NCBI RefSeq assembly: GCF_009914755.1
Contig: NC_060936.1
DNA length: 64,000 bases
From: the human T2T-CHM13v2.0 reference genome, Homo sapiens
Reading direction: 5' to 3' (one strand)
Numbering within the stretch: the stretch's first letter is position 1; every line of letters starts with the position of its first letter. A program made the position numbers and the translations under genes. Positions 51,305 to 64,000 of this stretch are shown here, one piece after another. A model generated the notes under the pieces. The model saw only the letters and a program-made list of their open reading frames with translations, was not told the DNA's origin and made no database searches.

Positions 51305-51534
51305 TAACTTAATGAAAGGGGGAGGTATTATTTAGTGATTGTATAAGGCCCACACCTAGATAGCAAGAAGGCTGGAACTCAGGTTTTCAGACTCAAATTA
51401 CACTCTCTATTTTGTTACTTTTTAGCTATAAAAATAATTTTATGGCTCCATATTCCCTTTGCAAATAAGGACACCTAAAATTTAAGAGTTTCTTAAAATT
51501 TCTTTTCTTTTCTTTTTTTTTTTTTTTGAGATAG

Positions 51535-51633
<99 letters not shown>

Positions 51634-54373
51634 TGAGTAGTTGGGATTACAGGCACCCGCTGCCAGGCCTGGCTTTTTTTTTTGTATTTTAGTCTAGATG
51701 GGGTTTTGCCATGTTGGCCAGGCTGGTCTTGAACTTCTGACCTTAAGTGATCTGCCCTCCTCGGCCTCCCAAAGTGCTGGGATTATAGGCATGAGCCACC
51801 GCGCCTGGCTGTTTCTTAAAATTTCAACTCCCTGACCTGCATATAGTCATGACAGTGTTTATAATTTGTATTTGTGGATTCACGTATTTGTGGATTCGCT
51901 GTGTTTCAAAGGATCCACCTAATCATTGTTTTCAGCAAAACCAAAAATGTGGACAGTTGTGTAATTTATTATTTGCCTTCTTGATTTCCCACCAAAATCA
52001 AACTACCTGTAAATACAGGACACATTCAGATTTCCAAAGAATAGAAATGGTCTAAAGTTATAATCTGTCAGAGTGTGTCTTACCTCTTAGCTAAGCTACC
52101 TCTCCTCCTGAGCCTTTGGTAGTTCATGGGAATAAGGAAATGAGACAGTATTTTTGCTTTAGAAGTAGGGTAGTCAAGAAGTCTTGAGAAACGTGAAATT
52201 GTCTTCTGAACAACCCACACTTTAAAAAAAATTGCGCTGAAGAATTTTACTTCAGTAAGTAAGTCTATTAGACTCCCCATAGCAGGCCTCAACTTCACCC
52301 TTTCGGTTTTCTCTTTCTTATTCAAATATTTTTGTGCCTCAATTATTTGGTTGTGTCTTATTGCTAGAATCAACAGTAATGAGCTGCACTCTTTTATTAG
52401 TGTTTCCATTAGAAGTTTAGAGCTAGATCACTGGGGTAAAAGAATAGTGGTTTATGACATAATAGGTATTTTGACTCTACTAGCCTTTTTCTTTTTTTTT
52501 TTTTGAGACGGAGTTTCGCTTTTGTCACCCAGGCTGGAGTGCAGTGGTGTGATCTCGGCTCTGCAACATCTGCCTCCTGGGTTCAAATGATTCTCCTGCC
52601 TCAGCCTCCCGAGTAGCTGGGATTACAGGCTCCCGCCACAGTGCCTGGCTAATTTTTTGTATTTTTAGTAGAGACGGGCTTTCACCATGTTGGGCAAACT
52701 GGTCTCAAACTCCTGACCTCAGGTGATCCACCCACCTCGGCCTCCCACAGTGCTAGGATTACAGGTGTGAGCCACCACTCCTGGCCTATACTAGCTTTTT
52801 AAATGCTGATTTTTAATTCCCGTATTATGGGGCATAAACATTTTCACCAGACATTTTGCCTAGGGCAAGGTGATTTACACATCTTTTCTGCATGTCTGAT
52901 ATGTTCTGTTCTTACACGATATTAATCCATTGGAATTTTGTGTTTGTGTGAGCAAGATTCACAAAGGCATATTCCTTTAAATGAATTTCAGAAGAAAAAG
53001 TTTCCAGTCCTATAAAGCCTCATATTTGAGTAGTATACTCCTTATCCCATTTCTTCTTCTGGCCAACTCACAAGATTTGGAATTATTTGGAAAGCAGTGA
53101 CACAAAACATTTTTGAAAAGAAAGGCTAAAAATATCCAATAATGTGGTTATTCTTTTTAGACTTCCTTTGGCAGTCAGTGCATGTCATACGGTTAACATT
53201 CTTTTTCTGGGAGAAAAAAAAACTGAGTCTGACCAAATACTTTCTAGTGTGGCCTGATCACCAACTCTTAGCCCTGGGCATTAGCCCTCGCATTTTCCAC
53301 CCCCAAGTCTCCAAGCATAAGTAGCTGTCTTTCAATAAAGGCCCCAGTTTGAAACGTGTATTTCACTCCTAATTTGGCCAAAGGCCATTGGCTAGCAGTC
53401 CCTCTTCAGAGGGGATGGTGAAAAGACAGTAGGATATATGATAAATGCATGCAAAGGAGCTTCTCTTCTATATGACAAGTCTTGGCTAACTTAGCCTCTT
53501 TGCATCTTCCTCTGTTTGAAGAGCTACACACATTTGCCTTGTAGGAAGTTTTTATTCTCATGGCAAGCAGGCATTACCTCTATTACAAGGCCCCGCTTAT
53601 TGTTCACCCTGTGATGTAAGAGCTTTTAGGACTCCAACAATATTAGCCTTCTCTTTAATTCCTTTCAGGCCCCATCGCCATCTCAGAACCATGGCCTGGA
53701 GTTGCCGCCCTCCATTCTCCTTAACATGTCGACTCAGAAAAGTCTTAAAGCCCGCTGTTCTTTCCCTTCATAGCAAAAATTATAATTTATCATTATATTT
53801 TGTTTAATGAGGACAGAGACTAGCATTTTTTACCTACTACATAATATAAATGCTTGGCACTTAAGGTGCTTGAACAAATGAAAGCCTGCTCATTTTGGAT
53901 GGATGTCCCAGTATTTGGTACTGTTAGTTTTCCTTTATACACAAATGTACACAATGTCTCCCCCTTTCCAAACTAGACCATAAGCCTTCACAGTATCTTA
54001 CAGGTAGTAGTGATTTAAAATGGGATGATATTGGTAATATCTGTGATTACTGGTTAAGCATAACTCACTTTATATACTTTCCCCTTGTTTTAAGAAAACT
54101 CATCATTTATTCATTAATATATTTAGTTGACAATTTATTGTGTGCCTCCTATGTGCCAGATACTGTTCTAACCTCTGGGGTTAGGGTGGTGAACAATACA
54201 CAGTCCCTGGCCTCTTTTGGCAATGTTTTTAAAAAGCTTACCCAATAGGCAAATGAAAATATCTCTCTAATTTTTCCCTAAAGAGCTTGCTCCTTTAGTG
54301 TATTTGAGGAAACTTTGAAATGTAGTTTTTCAGGAACACACCTATTTTGTAGTGTGGTAAAGCTATACATTGA

Positions 54374-54589
<216 letters not shown>

Positions 54590-55076
54590 TGAACTCCTGA
54601 CCTTGTGATCTGCCCGCCTCGGCCTCCCAAAGTGCTGGGATTACAGGAATGAGCTACCGTGCCCGGCCCTATACATCTGTTTAGATGGGAATGTTGACGT
54701 GGAAGTGTATCACTTCCTGTTTTACGTCCCTGTGTAAAACAATCACATTTCCTTATTGATGACTGTCTTCCAACAGAAACGTAATCATCTTCAAGGTTAG
54801 AAAATGTTTTTTAAATAACTTCAACCAGCGTTAACCAAACTGGTTAATTCACCAAAATGTTAACCAAAATTAACCAAATCAAATTTGGTTTATTTTCCAG
54901 GTCTCTTTTTTCTTTTCTTTTTTCATTTTTAAAGAGATGGGATCTTGCTATGTTGCCCAAGCTAAAATGCAATTGTTATTCACAGGCATGATAATAGTGC
55001 CCTATAGCCTCAAACTCCTGGGCCCACATGATCCTTCTGCCTTAGCCTCCTGAGTATTCCAGGTTTTTCTTAATAG

Positions 55077-55375
<299 letters not shown>

Positions 55376-55597
55376 TGATCTGCCCTCCTTGGCCTCCCAA
55401 AGTGCTGGGATTACAGGCGTGAGCCACCACGCCCGGCCTTTTGTTTTTGTTTTTGTTTTTTTTAAATGGAGAGGGCCAGATAATGCTCTAGGAAGGATGT
55501 CAGAACCCATAAAAAATGATGAGTATTTGAAATATATGTAAAAACTTAAGTAACAAATCAGAAAATATATTCTGAGATAGAAGTGACCATTCTAAAA

Positions 55598-55917
55598 CTG
55601 TGCTGTACAATACAGTAGTCACTAGCTACATGTAGTTTTTAAGCAATCGAAACGTGGCTAGTCTGATTGAGATTGCTGTGAAAAATACACACTGGATTTT
55701 GAAGATTAGAAATGTACCCTAAAACTTAAAGTATAATAATAAAAAAAAAGAAAGAATGTAAAATATGATAATTAAAAAATTGCAATTACATGTTGAAATG
55801 ATAATATTCGATAATATTTGAGTTAAGTAAATTTAATGTTACTTATTTTTTAGCACGGCTATGGAAAACTTAAAATTATGCATGTGGCTCGCATGATATT
55901 TTTGTTGAACAATGCTG
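55598..55917 (-). mobile_element. MER33 (hAT-Charlie) containing a micro-L1 insertion
   Basis: CTGTGCTGTACAATACAGTAGTCACTAGCTACATG ... ATGTGGCTCGCAT...TTGAACAATGCTG, collinear with recalled MER33. Confidence 0.8.
55713..55749 (+). mobile_element. Ultra-short young L1PA 3' terminus plus poly(A)
   Basis: TGTACCCTAAAACTTAAAGTATAATAATAAAAAAAAA equals the L1PA 3' terminus; AGAAA on both sides. Confidence 0.8.
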
Positions 55918-56504
55918 TTTGCTGAAGCAGGGCTGGCAGCCCTTGCCAGAGGTTTGAATCTCCATTGTCTTGGTGGCTGCAGATGGATGGATGTGGGGGT
56001 ACCAGCCTGGTGTGTTGGGAAGATTTTTCTTTGTGAAGGGGAACTTGCCCTTTACTGTTGGGGATAGTTTCTTCTCAGCCTATCCAGGGACACACATACC
56101 AGCATTTTGGGGTTGTGAAACTTTTGTGTGGGGAACTTCCCTTTTTTTTTTCCACATGAGCCAATAAGATAAAACTGACCTAATGGCATTCTCGGTGCAA
56201 CTCTGCCTTCAGTTTAAGGACAGAAGAGGGCTCATGTTTCATAGAGTATTAAAGGAGCAAGCTTAATATTTTGCATTTTGTGGACTGTAATTGCTAACTG
56301 CTGCTACATGATTCAGTCAGCTAAGAATAATTTACTAATTATATATTGCCTCACTTGGTTCTTTTTCCAGATGCTAAACAAAGTGAGATAATTAGAGGAG
56401 GAAAAAGGGTGAGTTTGGGAATTGGAGACCAGAAGGATGGATTTAGAAGATCTTGGAGTTAACGGACTTAGAATATAGTCAGCAAAGAGTTCACTTAAAA
56501 TTAG

Positions 56505-56784
<280 letters not shown>

Positions 56785-56825
56785 TTATATCAAAAAAAAA
56801 AAAAAAAAGAAATTAGTGCAGGTTG

Positions 56826-56827
<2 letters not shown>

Positions 56828-56864
<37 letters not shown>
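56828..56864. repeat. (TG)18 microsatellite
   Basis: Perfect dinucleotide run. Confidence 0.98.
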
Positions 56865-56866
<2 letters not shown>

Positions 56867-57024
56867 TTTTCTGAATTCATTTTTCAAGTATTGAATATTC
56901 ACAATGATGCTAGACTAAGTGCTAGAGATTTGGTGGTGAACGAAACAGATTGAAACCTGCCTTCATGGGGGGCGTATATAGGTTCGTCTGACTAGTCTAG
57001 ATAAGTGAATTTGTGTAGTAATTG

Positions 57025-57350
57025 TTTTTTTGTAACTGGCTTAGTTTACTTAGCTTGATGTCATCAAGATTTATTCATGTTGGAGTATGTGTCAGAATTT
57101 CCTTCCTTTTAAAGGCTGAATAATATATCCATTGTATGTATATATCACTTTTTGTTTATCCATTGATTCTTCCATAGACATTAGGATTGCTTCCACCTTT
57201 TGGCTCATGTGAATAATGATGCTGTGAACAGGGGTGTACAAATATCTCTTAAAGACCCCTCTTAAAACTTTTTGCGATATATACCCATAAGTAACAGTTG
57301 CTATAGAATCATATGGTAATTCTGTTTTTAATTTTTTGAGGAATACTATA
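57025..57350 (-). mobile_element. L1MB/L1MA-like 3' fragment
   Basis: AGAATTTCCTTCCTTTTAAAGGCTGAATAATAT, TTGCTTCCACCTTTTGGCT, AATTTTTTGAGGAA. Confidence 0.8.
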
Positions 57351-57715
57351 CTGACAAATTTGAATCCTTATTTAAACCCAGGATTATGGAATACTGCTGC
57401 TTGATTTCAGCTGTCATTTTGTTGTCTACATTGTATTTTATTGAATTGGCGTTATTCCCAAATATTGGAAAATGTGGAGGTTTCTAATTTTTGCTACTGT
57501 AAATAGCACTAATAAATACCTTGAGCATGAAACCTTTTCCATTATGGATTAATTTTATAGGATAGTTGTACAAAAATGGAATTTTACTAATTATGAGGGT
57601 GTGACTTTTTATGATTCTAGTTATATATTGCCAATTTATGTCTATTTTTAAGTTTCATTACACCCTTACTTCCATTGGATATAGTCATTAAAATAGAGAA
57701 AAAAAACTTCAATAA

Positions 57716-58096
<381 letters not shown>

Positions 58097-58323
58097 TAAA
58101 TACTTCTGAGTAAATCTCCCTTGTGTGAGAATTGTCCATGCATGACCTTTGCCCATTTGTCTATTAGGTAGGCAAAATCTTGAGAGAGCACTGCTTGAGT
58201 CTGTGCATTTTTAGCTTGGTAGATGGTTCTGCTTTTTTGAGGTCAGCTGAACTTCAGGGTTTTTTTTGACTTACACTGTTTGTACCAAAAAGATATTACA
58301 TATTCAGGCTTTCATTTTTTTAA

Positions 58324-58719
<396 letters not shown>

Positions 58720-58862
58720 TAAACCCGTGGGATTCAGAAGGTGGGGAGTTGGGTGATGTGTTTTCTACTAACCATGTGTTTTAAAAAAAAGGGTGACTAG
58801 AAGTTCCTGTTTATCTTTGAATTTCAATAAATTTAGGGCTTGTTTTCCAACCACTCTGGTAG

Positions 58863-59219
<357 letters not shown>

Positions 59220-59335
59220 TGAAAAAAGGATGGTAGGACAAACTGCTGGAAACCTTACCCACCAAAGATAATTTATACTGTTTACTTATAGGCTTACTGT
59301 CTTTTGTTGAAAAATTGCGATGAGAAAGGAATCGG

Positions 59336-59432
59336 CATTGGCATCTATTAGGTTGGTGCAAAAGTAATTGCGGTTTTTGCCATTACTTTCAGTAGCAAAA
59401 ATCTCAATTACTTTTGCACCAACTTAATACTT
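59336..59432 (+). ncRNA. MIR548C: pre-miR-548c hairpin (opposite strand annotated as miR-548z)
   Basis: Contains AAAAGTAATTGCGGTTTTTGCC (5p arm) and CAAAAATCTCAATTACTTTTGC (miR-548c-3p) in a long near-perfect inverted repeat; matches recalled hsa-mir-548c. Confidence 0.9.
59348..59427. mobile_element. MADE1 MITE (Hsmar1/mariner-derived), 80 bp
   Basis: TTAGGTTGGTGCAAAAGTAATTG...CAATTACTTTTGCACCAACTTAA terminal inverted repeats; TA target-site duplication at 59346-59347 and 59428-59429. Confidence 0.95.
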
Positions 59433-60343
59433 TCAGGCTTGTTGAAGCCTAAGTAGAAAATTGTTGCTTAATCTCTTTTATTCTGATTAACTCCTACTTT
59501 AAATTTTTTCTTTCAGAATCTTTTTATCAAGTGAATCTTTTAAAAAGATGTGAAGAGTTACTTCTGACTTTATGATTGATAGATTATGAGCCCTCCTTAA
59601 TCCCCAATTTCTTAATTCAAACAAGCTTACTGTGAAAATTTTCTTTTTTCTTTCTTTTTTTTTTTGAGATGGAGTCTTGCTCTGTTGCCCAGGCTGTAGT
59701 ACAGTGGCACGATCTTGGCTCACTGCAACCTCCATCTCCTGAGTTCAAGTGATTCTTCAGTCTCAGCCTCCCCAGTAGCTGGGAATACAGGCGCATACCA
59801 CCATGCCCAGCTAATTTTTGTATTTTTAGTAGAGACGGGGTTTCACCATGTTGGTCAGGCTGGTCTCGAACCCCTGACCTCAGGTGATCCGCCTGCCTCG
59901 GCCTCCCTGAGTGCTGAGATTATAAGCATGAGCCACCGCGCCCGGCCACCGTGAAAATTTTCTACAAATGCTTGTTTCGAGGAATCTTTTTTGATATTTT
60001 GCCAGCAAAGTCATAGGAGCAAAATTTTTTTAAATGAAAATAGAAAACAACATAGTTAAATATATCACGTAGGAGGAAAAGTACCAGTACCAAAATTAAC
60101 TTTAGCATTTCTTAGTGTTTTACAGTTAACAGAGCATTCCAAGGGAATTAAAATTCAGTTGATTTTATTGGACTTTAATTTCAGAGGAACTCTGAGATGA
60201 GAAATTTAACTAGCACGTTTATCCGTTTAGGCCTTAAGCAGATGCAGGTTTCATGACATGCCAGAGGTAAATTTAGGGGTACTTGACTGTAGTGAGTAAT
60301 TTCCCAGCTATGGGAAAATGTAAATATTATGTAGATGGTATAA

Positions 60344-60742
<399 letters not shown>

Positions 60743-61285
60743 TGAGATTACAGGGGTGAGCCACCATGTCCGGCCATATTTCTGTTTTAGAATTGCTTTC
60801 TTGCTTTTCCTCTGACCAGATTTGGTCACGTGAAACTGTCAATTAGCATGAATGAGGTGCTGCTGCCATGCAGGGGTTTGATCCTTGGCTTTCATGTTGA
60901 TGGTCTCTGTATCCAAATTAGTATTTGTGAAATTTGGGGGAAGAGAATTTGGGCTTATTGTGTAGCGGAACGAGTACGTTTCATAAAGGCAAACCTAGCA
61001 CCGATATCAACAAATCCACTTACAATCCATTCCTAAAGGAGGAAGCTCTGTTACAGTTTTAAAATTAACATTACAATGCATCTTGCTTGTTTGAGGTGAG
61101 GGCTTAAAACTCAGTAATGAAAAAGAGGGAGAACTATAGGCTAAAAGGGTGTGTGTTCTTAATTGATTAATTGCAAGCAGCTATGTAGGGCACCCTGTGT
61201 TTAAATCAGTGCTAGCTGTATTATCTTGAGCAAGTCATCGTACCTCTTTGTTTTTTTAATTTATTTTTATTTTTTACATTTTTAA

Positions 61286-61417
<132 letters not shown>

Positions 61418-63734
61418 TGAGCCTCAGTTTCCTCATTTGTAAACTAGTAGGATGCCTGGAAGTTCATAAGCATTAATAAATGTTAGCAATAGTTATTATT
61501 TCTTGAGACGGAGTCTTGCTCTGTTGCCCAGGCTGGAGTGCAGTGGCGCGATCTAGGCTCACTGCAAGCTCTGCCTCCTGGGTTATGCCATTCTCCTGCC
61601 TCAGCATCCCGAGTAGCTGGAACTACAGGCGCCTACCACCACCCCCGGGTAATTTTTTTGTTTTTTTGTATTTTTAGTAGAGATGGGGTTTGACTGTGTT
61701 AGCCAGGATGGTCTCGATCTCCTGACTTCGCGATCTGCCCGCCTCGGCCTCCCAAAGTGCTGGGATTACAGACGTGAGCCACCGCGCCTGGCCAGCAATA
61801 GTTATTTTTAAAAGATCCTCCTACATGTGATTATATGCCCCTTTTCATTTGAGGGTAGTAGACCATATGGAGAACTGACAGTGGTTGAGAGATTTGAAGG
61901 GAACTAATAGTCCAGCCAAAGAGCGAAAAATGGCAGGAAATTGGAAATTAGGTCTGTCTCATTGGCTTTATTAACCAAAATGAATTGGGAATCTCAATGT
62001 AATTGATCAGGAAGGAGCTCCAGTCATTCCTGGAGGATTAATTTATTATTATTATTATTATTTTTTAGCTGCATACCATATCACTGTGGTGCCTTTGTTT
62101 TTGGAATGGAGCTGTTGCCTGCTGACCACGCCTGGGGGCACCTAATCACAAGTCTTTCCCAACTTCTTTTTCCTTTAAAGCAAGCCACTCCAGTTGAAAG
62201 AGAATGATTAGACATATGAAAGTGTGGTTTTGTTTGCCCAAGAGTTTATGTATAAGTTAACACATTGTACACTTTTTTTTTTTTTTAAACTTCCTCTTTC
62301 TCTCTTATCTGCCTCTGATCACGGGATCCTGGTTAGTTTTGCTCAGGGCAGCTCGCTTGACCTGGTGACAAATTCCGCTTCTTCCTGGGGCTTTCCTTTT
62401 TCCTCCAGAAAGTCTTGTGCTCATGGTTTAGGAACTTAGTCACTGTCGTCTTTCTGGTTTTCATGAGATCAAATCAAATAAGGTAATACGTGCAAACTGT
62501 ATAACGTGCTGCAAAGGCAGACTCTGCTGCTGTCCTTAGAGTCCAGTTCCCTGGCCGTGGCTGGGTTCCCAGCCCTCTGTTCTCTCTCCACAGAGTGACT
62601 GTCTCGGCTCTGAGGGTTTCAGCGATACTGGATGCTTCCACATTTAGGAAATAGGCCTGCTTATGCTCCAGTGCAGGCATTAAAGCTCAATGAGTCATGT
62701 GATCTGCTTGGCCGACTCTTCAGAGTTCGTTTGTACTCAGTAAAATTAGTATGAGTCTTGGAACCCGGTTGGAAACCTCTTCCTAGTCCTACAGGCCGGA
62801 TGCGCCTTCTGAGTTTTCATATTATCTCTCCACCCCCAACCTCCCCCTCCTTTGGTTGTATGTTTCTCACAATGAATTGGTTGTTGGAAACTGGCTTTGT
62901 AATAATTCCAAATGCCACTGTGAAGATTTTTAATAGCCTTTAAAATTTTTAATTGGCTGAGCTGTAGTGTTATTGATATATTTTTGTATAAATGTTATTA
63001 TTAACAAGTTAATTCATATAAAGGGCTTGGAACTATACCTGGCATATAAGTACATGTTTAATAAAGATTAACTTATTTCTGCCGGGTGTGGTGGCTCACG
63101 CCTGTAATCCCAACACTTTGGGAGGCCGAGGTGGGCAGATCACTTGAGGTCAGGAGTTTGAGACCAACCTGGGCCAACATGGTGAAACCCTGTCTTTACT
63201 AAAAATACAAAAATTAGCCTGATGTGCTTGCTTGAACTTAGGAGGCGGAGGTTGCAGTGAGCCGACATCATGCCACTGCACTCCAGCCTGGGCAACAGAG
63301 TGAGACTCTTGTCTCAAAAAAAAAAAAAAAAAGAAAAAAAAAGAAAAAGATTAACAGTATTTCTAATGGTATTAGAATTGTTTTATTTTATTTTTTGTTT
63401 TTGAGACAGGGTCTCGCTGTGTCACCCAGGCTGGAGTGCAGTGGTGGGATCATGCCTCACTGTAGCTAGCCTTGAACTCCTGGACTCAAGTGATCCTCCC
63501 ACCTCAACCTCCTGAGTAGCTGGGACTAGAGGTGCATTCTACCATGCCTGGCTAATTTTAAAAAATGTTTTTGTAGAAATGGGGTCTTGCTGTGTTGCCC
63601 AGGCTGGTCTGGAACTCCTGGGCTCAAGTGATCCTCCTGCCTTGGCCTCCCAAAGTGTTAGGATTACAGGTGTATGCCACCATGCTCATCCAGCATTCTT
63701 AATTAAAATAATTTGGTAGGAGATTTTATGAAGG

Positions 63735-63935
63735 CAGTATGTTCAGTAGAAAGGTTTGGGGATCCAGAATTGGGAGACTATTTTAATTTTGGATCTGTTA
63801 TTTACTAGCTCTGGGAGCTTGAGCAGGTTCCTTACTTAAGTTCCTTGAGTAACAGTTTCTTGATCTTTAAAACATTATAGAGGGGTTAAATCAGATAATG
63901 TATGTGGAATGTATTCCTAGATTATAGATTATTAC
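63735..63935 (+). mobile_element. MIR
   Basis: TTTACTAGCTCTGGGAGCTTGAGCAGGTT...CAGTTTCTTGATCTTTAAAA...TTAAATCAGATAATGTATGT. Confidence 0.6.
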
Positions 63936-64000
63936 ATAATTGTAAGTGTGGTAGCAATCACAGGTGTGTTTAGAGACTACTAAAAAATGGTTTTCTCTTT

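Noticed and set aside
52080-52409. 109-aa minus-strand ORF in intron 1
   Set aside because: No recognisable homology or promoter/splice support

Overview
Primate genomic DNA, almost certainly human. About 47 kb of very Alu-rich upstream/intergenic sequence is followed by the CpG-island promoter and first coding exon of RASSF3 (+ strand, 47446-47556, MSSGYSSLEEDAEDFFFTARTSFFRRAPQGKPRSGQQ, then a GTGAGT donor) and the first ~16 kb of intron 1, which holds the MADE1-derived MIR548C/MIR548Z hairpin (59336-59432). Roughly 80 Alu copies or fragments (counted by eye) explain nearly all ORFs in the supplied track, which are not real genes. Old L1/L2/MIR, MaLR and ERV1-class LTRs and MER DNA transposons are also present. 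Most notable observations: (1) a 111-bp segment copied from the flank of another Alu 21.7 kb away and lodged inside the head of an Alu, within that Alu's own TSDs, suggesting Alu-Alu template switching; (2) a poly(A)-tailed retrocopy of a C/D-box snoRNA resembling SNORD117/U83; (3) a phospho-FFAT-like motif next to an SSGYSS degron-like motif in RASSF3 exon 1; (4) an ~36-bp micro-L1 insertion, an AluY/FAM chimera, an AluYd-type element and several recent micro-duplications. I found no evidence of a novel multi-gene system. Repeat subfamily names come from recalled consensus sequences and repeat boundaries are approximate.
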